A stretch of 63,474 nt of DNA, counting the filler, from Saprolegnia diclina VS20 (Eukaryota): NCBI RefSeq assembly GCF_000281045.1. It is 8 parts of 3 records of this genome, joined end to end, with 100 filler letters (N's around TTAATTAATTAA, not from the genome) between each part and the next. Parts side by side here need not be neighbours in the genome. Positions count along the whole stretch, not along the records: positions 7,570 to 26,644 come from NW_008246084.1; positions 26,745 to 44,308 come from NW_008246084.1; 6 more parts are not named here. One strand, 5' to 3'. A model generated the notes under the pieces. It did not search any database, had not been told where the DNA came from, and saw only the letters and a program-made list of their open reading frames with translations. Below, piece after piece: positions 25,135-34,381 of the stretch. Position 1 is the first letter of the stretch. Each line of letters opens with the position of its first letter. A program made the translations under genes and the position numbers.

Positions 25135-26148
25135 TCACTCCGTCGACGGTGGAGACGACGAGCGAGTGTAGATGTGAATGACGCTGGGCTTGTGAATCTG
25201 CTTGGCGCCGACAAAGTCAAACGCGCTATCGGGCAAAGGCTTGGCGTGCGCGAGCTGATATGGCGCCACGGTCGAGAGCACGTCGAGCACGCGCGCAATG
25301 TACGCAGGCTTGTGGCAGCGCTCGGGCAAGATGAACGCCATCGCTGCGGAATGCCACTCGAGCGCGCAGTGCCGCAGAAACGCCAGCACGAGATCGTCGT
25401 CCGTGTCCGTGTCTTTGACCGAGAACGGCGGGTTGCCCACGGCAAGGACGCGGGTCGACGCTGGAAGATGACTCGTCGACGTCAAAAAGTCACGTACCGA
25501 TACAACGTCGCCAAGACCCAGCGACGCTGCTTGCTCCGAGGCAGTGGCCGCCACGAGCGGGTCGATCTCGAACGCCCGAATGTCCTTGGCGCCGACCCGC
25601 AGCATGGAAGAGAAGAAGCGGCCGTCGCCGCACGATGGCTCCAAGAAGACGCTCTCCGAGAGCTCGGTGGGTGTATACAGCGCTTCGAGGCCTGCCATGA
25701 CTTGGGCGATCGACGATGCGGACGAGAAGAACTGCCCGTGGTCTTTCGCGGTCTTTTGGGCTAGCAGCCGCGCCGCCGTGGCTGCCGAGCGCTCGGCGTA
25801 CGCAGCATCATCCAAGAACGCAATGGCCTCGTCCGTAGGTAGCTGCATCAGAAGAGTGCCAAGCCACTTGTTGCAAACTGAGAGCACTTTTGCGAGCTCG
25901 GGCTTCTTGCCAACGGCGACGTCGTCGAGCGACCAGGACGTTGCCAGGAGCTTCTTCAGGCGGCGCATCGGGAGGCGCTCATGGGTAGATCCTTTGAGCA
26001 CGCGGTGCAGCGTCCGGTCGATGTGCTGGAGGTCGGCCAGCGTCCGCGTCAGCAGCACCGAGTCCTCGCCGTCGCGGTGGCACAGCGTCAAGCGGGTCGA
26101 AGCCAGGTCATACGCCACGAACGTCACAGCCACACCAACCGATGCCAT
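25135..26148 (-). CDS. Putative N6-adenine DNA methyltransferase (TaqI/HsdM-like motif order) with N-terminal PX-like segment
   Basis: Ordered motifs GQFFS, FLEPSCGDGRF (SAM binding), FEID, DFL, GNPPF (catalytic), DLVLAFL, AFILP; 337 aa, intronless. Confidence 0.8.
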   Translation of the reverse strand: MASVGVAVTFVAYDLASTRLTLCHRDGEDSVLLTRTLADLQHIDRTLHRVLKGSTHERLPMRRLKKLLATSWSLDDVAVGKKPELAKVLSVCNKWLGTLLMQLPTDEAIAFLDDAAYAERSAATAARLLAQKTAKDHGQFFSSASSIAQVMAGLEALYTPTELSESVFLEPSCGDGRFFSSMLRVGAKDIRAFEIDPLVAATASEQAASLGLGDVVSVRDFLTSTSHLPASTRVLAVGNPPFSVKDTDTDDDLVLAFLRHCALEWHSAAMAFILPERCHKPAYIARVLDVLSTVAPYQLAHAKPLPDSAFDFVGAKQIHKPSVIHIYTRSSSPPSTE

Positions 26149-26365
26149 TGGCTAATACACGGCGCTCTCCGATTGGTCACTTTTCCCACGTCTGTGTCAG
26201 GCGATGTCTTTCCGTACAACGAAGTTGCCGTTGCGACTTCCTGGCCAACTTTGTAATACGTCAGATCGAAAGCGACAAACACACCACCGAGAATCTGCTC
26301 TTTTGAATAATACTACTCGTTTGTGGTCAAATCCCATCGTCCTGCAAGTGCAAATTGGGAAAAGA

Positions 26366-26385
26366 CACTCATTTCTGAAATTGCA
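26366..26385 (+). promoter_or_regulatory. Oomycete Inr/FPR-like core promoter element
   Basis: CTCATTTCTGAAATTG about 25 nt upstream of ATG 26396 resembles the oomycete YCATTYY-NNN-WTTY type element. Confidence 0.55.
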
Positions 26386-26395
26386 CTTGCCCGCG

Positions 26396-26644
26396 ATGTT
26401 CTCGACACTTGCTCGGACGGTGCGCCGGCGCTCGCGCTTCTTCTCCATCGACAGCGCTCGTCCGAGCGTGGGTCCTGCGTGCTTGGAGCCGAAAGCAGAC
26501 GCGACCAACTCGGCCAAGCCCGACCCGATCGCCGCATGCCATCGCGACTCGAACAGTGTCGACGTGACGCATTCGTTGGCGATGAAGACGGCTGAGATTC
26601 CGTTCGACCGTTCGATTAGCAACGAGAACGCAAACATGGAGAAG
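26396..26644 (+). CDS. N-terminal fragment of a hypothetical protein with possible mitochondrial presequence (cut by gap)
   Basis: MFSTLARTVRRRSRFFS: Arg/Ser-rich start without acidic residues, downstream of the Inr-like element. Confidence 0.45.
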
Positions 26645-26744
26645 NNNNNNNNNNNNNNNNNNNNNNNNNNNNNNNNNNNNNNNNNNNNTTAATTAATTAA
26701 NNNNNNNNNNNNNNNNNNNNNNNNNNNNNNNNNNNNNNNNNNNN

Positions 26745-27574
26745 CGAGGCCAAGAAGCACGTGGTTGTCGACAAGCCCATGTGCGTCACGTCGGCCGAAG
26801 CGAGCGTCCTCATCGAGACGGCCCGCGCCAACAACGTTGTCCTGACCGTCTTCCAGAACCGACGGTGGGACTCGGACTTTCTCACGGTGCGCAAGCTGCT
26901 CGAGAACAAGACGCTCGGGGACCTCTCGCACTTTGAGGCCCTCTACGACCGCTTCCTCCCGTCGCTAGATGGTGCATGGAGAGAGAGTGCAGACGTTAAC
27001 GGCGGCGGCCTCCTCTACGACCTCGGTGCGCATCTCGTCGACCAAATGCTGACGCTCTTTGGCCCACCGACGAATATTTCGTGTACGCATTTCGCTAAAT
27101 GTCAACCTTGGAGCTCATGTTTTGACTATGTTAGCTGATGTCCAGAGCCAGCGCGAAGGATCGAGCAACGACGACTACTTCCGCCTCGAGTGTCAGTACC
27201 CGGGCTTGCTCGTCGTGCTCACGGCGAGCATGCTCGTCGAGAACACGCCCAAGTACACGATCCGTGGCGCGAATGGCTCGTTCATCAAGTATGGCGAGGA
27301 CGGGCAAGCGACCGCCATGCGTGCGGGGCGGACGCCGTTGACCGACGGCGACAGCTGGGGCCGCGAGCCCGAGGCGCACTATGGCGTCCTTGAGCGTCCC
27401 GGCCAGCCGGACGAGCGCGTCGTGAGCGAGCGGGGCAACTACGGCGCCTTTTACATTGGTGTCGCCGACACAATCCAGCACGGTGCGGCGCAGCTCGTGC
27501 ACCCCGAAGAGTCGGCGGCCGGCATTGCGATTCTCGAGAAGGCCAAGGCTGCGTTCTTGGCCGCGCAGACGTAG
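26745..27574 (+). CDS. Gfo/Idh/MocA-family oxidoreductase (YdgJ/IolW-like), 5' truncated by gap, one intron
   Basis: KHVVVDKPM, FQNRRWDSDFLT, GGGLLYDLGAHLVDQ, GSFIKYGEDGQ. Confidence 0.9.
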
Positions 27575-27649
27575 AATATATACGACAAACATTAGTCGAT
27601 CGGATATAGTTGTAAAAACAATAAGTCGTTCGATCGTACTTGGTGTTGC

Positions 27650-27830
27650 GGACCATCGCGTGCGACTGGTCCAATTCTTCGCCGCCCACCGTGAGCGTCG
27701 GCTCTTGCTGAAACGGGAGGTGCGGTTGGTGCACCTAGAACGCCTCGGGGCTGAGACGCTCGTCTTCGAACGGGATGTCGTTGAGGAAGAGCGCGAGGCA
27801 CGTGAACTTGGCGGAACCATTCGTCAAAGA
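27650..27830 (-). pseudogene. Decayed glutathione S-transferase N-terminal fragment
   Basis: LALFLNDIPFEDERLSPEAF*VHQPHLPFQQEPTLTVGGEELDQSHAM with an in-frame stop; close paralog of ~31040-31210. Confidence 0.85.
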
Positions 27831-28260
27831 ACAGGACACGACGTCCTCTTCCTATTCGCGACGGCTGCCGCGGGGCACATGTATCCCTCTGTACAACCGC
27901 ACGAGTCCTCTGTTGCGTCTGGGTTGTGGTTAAGTCTGGGCAGACTGTGTGTGGTGTAGATAGGATAGGGCTATGTGCGATATACAGACGATGTCTGGTA
28001 GCCACCGTTTAGAGCCTCTTGACGATGATTTCATCCGTCACAGCCTATCGTTCTATCCACAACGCTGGCCACCTTAGTCTCATATCTGAATCTGCCTTCG
28101 TGGCGGAATACAATACAACTGCCTGCTTCCTCGGAGACGGCACTCCCCTCGCTGCGTTGTTAGCGTTGCACCGCGGAAGTCAACACACCTCACCCCTACA
28201 TATCGCCTACTCCTTTTACACACAAGAGCTGTTTTGTGCGCTTCTAAGCCCACCACGGTC

Positions 28261-28390
28261 TTAGGCGCGGCAGCCCGTCTGTCACCGCCACTAACAGTGT
28301 TGTACCACGCACATATAGTTCACGGAGGCGGCGAGGATGATACTGGTGTGCCGGCGTCGAGAGTATCGGGGAACGCGTGCAGTAAGACGT
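28261..28390 (-). pseudogene. Decayed copy of the PAQR gene 3' end
   Basis: ttaggcgcggcagcccgtctg.caccgccact... aligns with 31902-32065 with substitutions and a deletion. Confidence 0.8.
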
Positions 28391-28549
28391 TGGGTAATGG
28401 CATGGTGGACGACTTGGTGAAGGCAACCCAAGGAGGTGTTGACGTGGCGAGCAACACGTATTTCAAACTCACCAAACGACAACATTGTACAATGAATTGG
28501 GTTTTCCAAACCCTCGGGCCCTCCCGCAACGATAGAGAGAGAAATTTTG

Positions 28550-28919
28550 NNNNNNNNNNNNNNNNNNNNNNNNNNNNNNNNNNNNNNNNNNNNNNNNNNN
28601 NNNNNNNNNNNNNNNNNNNNNNNNNNNNNNNNNNNNNNNNNNNNNNNNNNNNNNNNNNNNNNNNNNNNNNNNNNNNNNNNNNNNNNNNNNNNNNNNNNNN
28701 NNNNNNNNNNNNNNNNNNNNNNNNNNNNNNNNNNNNNNNNNNNNNNNNNNNNNNNNNNNNNNNNNNNNNNNNNNNNNNNNNNNNNNNNNNNNNNNNNNNN
28801 NNNNNNNNNNNNNNNNNNNNNNNNNNNNNNNNNNNNNNNNNNNNNNNNNNNNNNNNNNNNNNNNNNNNNNNNNNNNNNNNNNNNNNNNNNNNNNNNNNNN
28901 NNNNNNNNNNNNNNNNNNN
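28550..28919. other. Scaffold gap of ~370 N
   Basis: Run of N. Confidence 0.98.
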
Positions 28920-29223
28920 TTATTGAAATAAAGAAACGAAAATTTGTACTAGTACTCGTTTACTGAAGCGTTGTGCGCGTGGTGGCAACCTCCCGAGACG
29001 AAGATGACTTTGTGGACTGCCACGTCATCTATGTTGCGTGTGACTAGACTGCGTCGTAGGTCGTGGTTGCATGGCGTGGACTTTCTCGTTGAAGTATTCG
29101 CTTTACATCGCGAACCTGGAGATTAGGTCTCTCTTCACCACCAAACAAACAAGTAGACAGTTGCCTAAAACAAACGACCGTAGGAATAGTATTTCTGCTT
29201 CCCTTACGTACATGCCTTTGCGC

Positions 29224-30708
29224 TTACCGGTAATGTAAGCACAAGCGACACCGCTCACTCGCGCCCGGCGCTTCTTGACCGAGTATGGCTTGGATATACG
29301 GACCGGCATCTCGCAAATAAAAGCTCGCGAGAACGAACGGCACGTCGGGTATCGCGGCCAGCGCCTCCAGTAGAGCCCAATTTTCTTCGCCGCTTTCGTA
29401 ACTTGGCAGACTGATCTCTTCCACGTGTCGACCCGCCGCAACGAGCTCGTCGAGGCAACGATTGATTTCACACTCGGTGATACTTGGCGCAAAAATGCAC
29501 GTAAGCTTGGGCAGTCGCGGCGCCGCTGCAAGCACCTCCCTCACGCTACGCCAATCGAGCGCATGGTCGGTGAGTTCGAGCAATTTGAGGTGAGGACAAC
29601 TTGTCCCCAATGCTTCCATGATCAATCGCATCGCTTCGGCGTCCACGGCAATATGAGGTAGGTAGAGCTCGGTCAACGACGAGAGCTGCGAGAGACCGGC
29701 GGCCAGCATGCGCACGTGGTCGGCACCGGTACGCGTCCGCAGTACATCGAGCTTTTTGAGCTGCGAGAGATCGGGGCCCGTCGATGGCTCTGATGCAATT
29801 TCGCCAAAGTAGTCGCAGCAGAGGTACTCGAGCCGCGTGCGGCGAAGTGCGTGGCGGAGGTCGGCCCAAATCGCATCGTCCGGAAGCAGCTCGTCCGCGT
29901 TGTCGGGGGCCCATTCCAATTTAGAAAGGCTGGCCGGGAGTTGACGGCCGTGAAAACCACCGACTTCGACACTGCTGAGCCGGAGCTGCTCAAGAGTAGA
30001 GCTCTCTTGGAGGGCGTCGCAGAAAGCGAGGACGCCAGATTCATCCATCGAACAAATCCCATGGAAAATGAGACTCGTGCGTGGAGACGCAAGGAGCCAC
30101 GTAGCGAGGTGATGGCCTGCCCGAGAAATGGCTTGGTCGTGGCTATGGCTTATAGTCAGAGCGGGCGCCGTCGAGCAGAGTAGTGCTTGTAGCAAGGCGT
30201 CCATCACTGGTGTATCGGCACCGGGCAAGTATAACGTTGTGTCCAGTCCGCACAGTGATGTGCATTGGCGCAGAAGCATACTCAAGGCCTCGGTGTCCAG
30301 CGGCAGCCACGTTGCCGATTTGATCTCGAGTTGCATGTATTTGAGCGCTGGCCCCAAGGGCGGCACAAGATGCCGCAAGTGGCCCATGCTTCGAAACGTC
30401 GCATCGATACGCCGGCCCAGAGGCAGCGTCGCTTGCAGAAGCGTGATCACTTCGGGCGAGTGGTTCGCCTCATGGAGGTAAATGGTGGGCCAGCGATCAA
30501 GTCGAATGTCCATGCGCGAGTCGCGATAGAGCGTCATAAAGGCTCGCAGCGCCGGCGTCCAGAGATTCGCTGGCATCGCATCGAGGAAGGTGGCAATGTA
30601 CTGCGGCGCTGGCAGCAACCGAGCGATGATCTCGATGAGACCTGGTTGCAAGAGTCCGTCCGAGGCCGGTCGCCTGGCCTTGCTGCGTGGCGACTCTCGT
30701 GGTGCCAT
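29224..30708 (-). CDS. RNI-like leucine-rich repeat protein
   Basis: LxxLxL repeats (STLEQLRLS, SQLKKLDVL, SSLTELYLP, PHLKLLELT, PKLTCIF). Probable start MAPRES at 30708 with CCAAT boxes upstream. Confidence 0.75.
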   Translation of the reverse strand: MAPRESPRSKARRPASDGLLQPGLIEIIARLLPAPQYIATFLDAMPANLWTPALRAFMTLYRDSRMDIRLDRWPTIYLHEANHSPEVITLLQATLPLGRRIDATFRSMGHLRHLVPPLGPALKYMQLEIKSATWLPLDTEALSMLLRQCTSLCGLDTTLYLPGADTPVMDALLQALLCSTAPALTISHSHDQAISRAGHHLATWLLASPRTSLIFHGICSMDESGVLAFCDALQESSTLEQLRLSSVEVGGFHGRQLPASLSKLEWAPDNADELLPDDAIWADLRHALRRTRLEYLCCDYFGEIASEPSTGPDLSQLKKLDVLRTRTGADHVRMLAAGLSQLSSLTELYLPHIAVDAEAMRLIMEALGTSCPHLKLLELTDHALDWRSVREVLAAAPRLPKLTCIFAPSITECEINRCLDELVAAGRHVEEISLPSYESGEENWALLEALAAIPDVPFVLASFYLRDAGPYIQAILGQEAPGASERCRLCLHYR

Positions 30709-30879
30709 TGCACTTGCGTTGGACGATGATGTTGTGCCATTTATTCTATTTCCAACGCCCTCTTTTTGCCTAATATCTAGCATATTGTATGTACTTTTTT
30801 GAAAAGAGCAAATCCTGCAGCCTGGCAGGCCAATCAGAAGATAAGAAATCACTTGGTTCAAGCCAATCAGAGAAGCGTT

Positions 30880-31248
30880 GACACTGGCAGATCGCGAGCT
30901 TCTCATTCGCGTCAAACTCGACAAACCATGGCACAAGCGTCGTAGTGATGTCGTTGAACGCAGAGAGCATCTCGTCAATGCGCAAGGCGCCCACCGGTCC
31001 ACGGCCGGGTACAGGTTGGTGAGGTGACCGACGTAGCGGGCTATCGCGTGCGACTGGCCGAATTCTTCGCCGTCCACATTGAGCGTCGGCACTTGCTGGA
31101 ACGGGAAGTGCGGTTTGCGCGCCAAGAACGCCTCGGCGCTGAGACGCTCGTCTTCGAACAGAATGTTGTTGAGGAAGAGCACGAGACGCGCGATCTCGGC
31201 GCGCCCCGTAAAGTCAAAGTACGTGAGCTTGAGGCTGGGAAATGTCAT
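30880..31248 (-). pseudogene. Sigma-like glutathione S-transferase, frameshifted and 3'-truncated
   Basis: MTFPSLKLTYFDFTGRAEIARL...PFQQVPTL...QSHAIARYVG. One base is missing near 30998 (restoring it gives DPVGALRIDEM); homology ends near EKLAICQ. Confidence 0.8.
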
Positions 31249-31901
31249 CTTGCGCTGTGAGTCCATTCAAAAGTGAGCCTGGTCGTAGGCGCCGCAGTGT
31301 CGATTGCTCGGACGCCACTGACGTATCATCGAGTAGGATCTGGCTTGTCTAGCGTATTATGCAACGGATGGCGAAATGGAATTGCGAATGGGCAGTAGTC
31401 GCTCCTCGGCAACCAACGAACACCAAGAATCTGCGTTCGGCCAAGTTCCCCCAACCATCGACTGCCGCTTTCTATCGACATGGACGATATTGTACAACAG
31501 TGTATTGCGATTCGACGAACGGGTAAACACAAGCTGGAGCAGGTCGAGGATGCCAAACCATTCGACTTTGACGTCATAAATACCGTCTTTTCTCATTTCC
31601 GAGGGTCTCAGCAATCACCTTTACCTGCAGCCTTGCAAGCGACTCGTCGTCCTGGCATGCGTGCCGGTATCGAGCACCATCGATTCTACAAGTCTCGGGC
31701 TACTCGTCAACGATCGAGTGCTTGTCGTGCAGGTCGCATCCCAACTTTTTCGGGGCATTTGTCGCTTTCGGATGTTCGGATCTGCAATAGGGTTGAGGTT
31801 AAAATACACACAGTGGATCTTAGTGTCTACTGCTATTACGAGTTATAAAACTACTTACACACACATGTGCGTCGTCGCGCTCATGTCATAGCGCTACGAT
31901 C

Positions 31902-33428
31902 TTAGGCGCGGCAGCCCGTCTGCCACCGCCACTCGTAGTGCTGCATCGCGCTCACATAGTGCACAAGGGCGGCGAGGACGACGCAAATGTGCCACAGCTG
32001 GTGCGACGAAAACCACACGTCAAACGTGCCAGGGTAGAGCCGCTCGGGGAACCGCGTGCCGTAGAAGACAGCGCCGAGCACGTAGAGGCCGCCCATGGCC
32101 AAGAGCGGCTTGAGCACAATCTGCACGTGGTCGTCCATGAGCCCAAACTCGAAAATGAGGTGCGCGATGGGCACGACGCCGAAGAAGCCCATCGAAAGAA
32201 ACACCGCCGAGCGCACGCTTGGGTACTTGCCAAAGGCTGGGATGAGCGACGCAGCAAACGAGCCAATTGCGAGCACCGAGACAATGCCAAGGTACGCGTT
32301 GAGCGCCCACTGGTTGCAGTAGAACGAGTAGTAGATGACGGGAAAGAACGACCCGGCAATCATGAGGATGATGCCGGCGTAGTCCAGTTGCGACAAGAGC
32401 AGCGACGCGCGCGGGCTCTGCACAAAGAGGAGGTGGTACACCGAGCTCATCGTGAGGCACACGACGGCGCTCACGATAAAGACAGCGATGGGCCAGAGAC
32501 CGACGACCGACGACGCAAGCACCGACGGGTGCAGCTCCGAGAGGACGTGCAAGCCATTGTAGACGCTGTCGGTAAGGCCGTGGAACTCGCGCAGCATGTA
32601 CTGGACCGAGGGGTACGCCTTGGGTGTGTCGAGCTGCCGGAGAAACGAGCTAAAGGCGTCGACGCGGAGGCGGAGCTGCGTCTTCATGCGGTGGATCTGG
32701 TTGTACGACGCGACCCACTGCAGCAGCGTCTGGTCGTGCGGCGCAGTCGCGTTCGTGCTCGGGTGCAAGCGCGCGTGCAAAAGCGTGAGTTCCTTGTACA
32801 GCGTCTCCATTTGGTCCGAGAGAAGGTGCGAGACATCGCCGGCGTGCGACTCGAGGAGCTGGTGGAAGCGCTGGAGGCTCGGGATCTGTGCGATCGTGTG
32901 GCCGAGGATCTCGCTCGCCACGTGCATGCGTCGGACAACCGTCTCTTGGTGCACGGCGTCGACCGTGTAGTACGACGTGTGCTCCTTCGTAAAGAGCGCA
33001 GTCGAGGCAATGTTCTTCTCAAAGAACGCAAGCGTGTGATGGCCGCCTTGGAGGTACAAGACGTCGGGCGCCACGACTTGGGCGGTGGACGCTTCGAGCG
33101 GGATCTCCATGCAAAAGACGCTCACGAGGAGGCAGACAAAGATGAGCGAGCCCACAATGTGCGTCCAGACGTTCCACGTCTCGTTGTGCAGCTCAAAGAG
33201 CGACTGGAGGCAGTGCGAGGCCGAGTAGTTGACGCGGTAGCCTGACCGGATGTACGCATTGTCGGCCAAGAAGGAGAAGCCCTGGTCGTGCAGCACATGG
33301 TAGCCGGCGAGCCGCTTCTCCATCGACGTCATGGCCATCGGCGCCGGCGTCGGTGCATCGGCCATCGTTGTTGGCGCAATGCCCGTCGGCGTCGGCGCAG
33401 CGTCCATCGTCGGTGCCATCGTCGCCAT
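31902..33428 (-). CDS. PAQR/adiponectin-receptor-like (haemolysin III family) protein
   Basis: DNAYIRSGYR, HNETWNVWTH, SSVYH, LDYAGI, PERLYPGTFDVWFSSHQLWH, VHY. Confidence 0.93.
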   Translation of the reverse strand: MATMAPTMDAAPTPTGIAPTTMADAPTPAPMAMTSMEKRLAGYHVLHDQGFSFLADNAYIRSGYRVNYSASHCLQSLFELHNETWNVWTHIVGSLIFVCLLVSVFCMEIPLEASTAQVVAPDVLYLQGGHHTLAFFEKNIASTALFTKEHTSYYTVDAVHQETVVRRMHVASEILGHTIAQIPSLQRFHQLLESHAGDVSHLLSDQMETLYKELTLLHARLHPSTNATAPHDQTLLQWVASYNQIHRMKTQLRLRVDAFSSFLRQLDTPKAYPSVQYMLREFHGLTDSVYNGLHVLSELHPSVLASSVVGLWPIAVFIVSAVVCLTMSSVYHLLFVQSPRASLLLSQLDYAGIILMIAGSFFPVIYYSFYCNQWALNAYLGIVSVLAIGSFAASLIPAFGKYPSVRSAVFLSMGFFGVVPIAHLIFEFGLMDDHVQIVLKPLLAMGGLYVLGAVFYGTRFPERLYPGTFDVWFSSHQLWHICVVLAALVHYVSAMQHYEWRWQTGCRA

Positions 33429-34381
33429 GCTGCTGCTTACGTCGACGTCGTCAAGGAAGATTGGAACTGAATGCCATCGCTGCCCACGCCGTTGATTATC
33501 CGGAGGATCCGCATAGACAGCCAATCACATTGCGGGATTCGTCCCAGCGGAATCTGGCAGATTCAGATGGTCCTGCTTGTGGGTGGTGGACGTCTTGCAG
33601 TTTGTATCGCGCGAGAGGCTGGGAGCGCGCGACGTCGTTGACTAATTCGTACCAAGTACGAATTAGAGGCTTGTCGGGTCTCGTGCAAGCGTCTATTCGT
33701 ACTACCGGCTATGGCACCGCCCTCGCGCGGCCGAGACGAGCCCCACCGGAATCAGGTTGACGCGACCTTGGGCGTGACGCTGGCCTGTCGCGCGGTTGCA
33801 TACGCTGCCGTCTTCTATAGCGTAAAGATCTAGCTCGTAGTTGCAATTCGACAAATTCGCCCACGCACAGCAGCTCGGTGGGGCTGTGGCGCTAGAGCAG
33901 GGCCTCGACTGGAGCACCGCGCCAGCGTTGGACGTACGACTTCGCACGCTCGTCGCGGTGGCATCTTGGGTATGTCCCACCCTGTCAAGTTTCTGATCGA
34001 CACTACTGGTACGGTTTGCAGCGTTGAAGATGCAGCCATCTCGAGAAGGCTCAGGCGGCCGGCTGCCGCCGAACACCGCGCTTCGTCCTCCTCATCTGTG
34101 CCAGCGACAAGGTTCTTGAACGAGCGAAGACGATGGGTGACGCAGCTGTACGCCGACGACACGTGCATAGAAAGGCTCGTTTGTCGGGCGATCGTGGATC
34201 GTGGGTCGCGTCCGTGGTACCGGTAAGGACACTCGCACACAATCGCATCGTCCATCGACTTTGCCTCTTTAATCGTGGAAAGCGCATTTTTGGTGCAATT
34301 GTTTTGGCGGGAAACACCAAATTTGAGCCCGATCGTTTTGGATCGAAACGGTTTCAGAAAAAGTGCTGTGGACACGTGGTG

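Noticed and set aside
28965..29170. Possible displaced GST C-terminal remnant downstream of the LRR gene
   Set aside because: Resemblance is too weak to support by eye.
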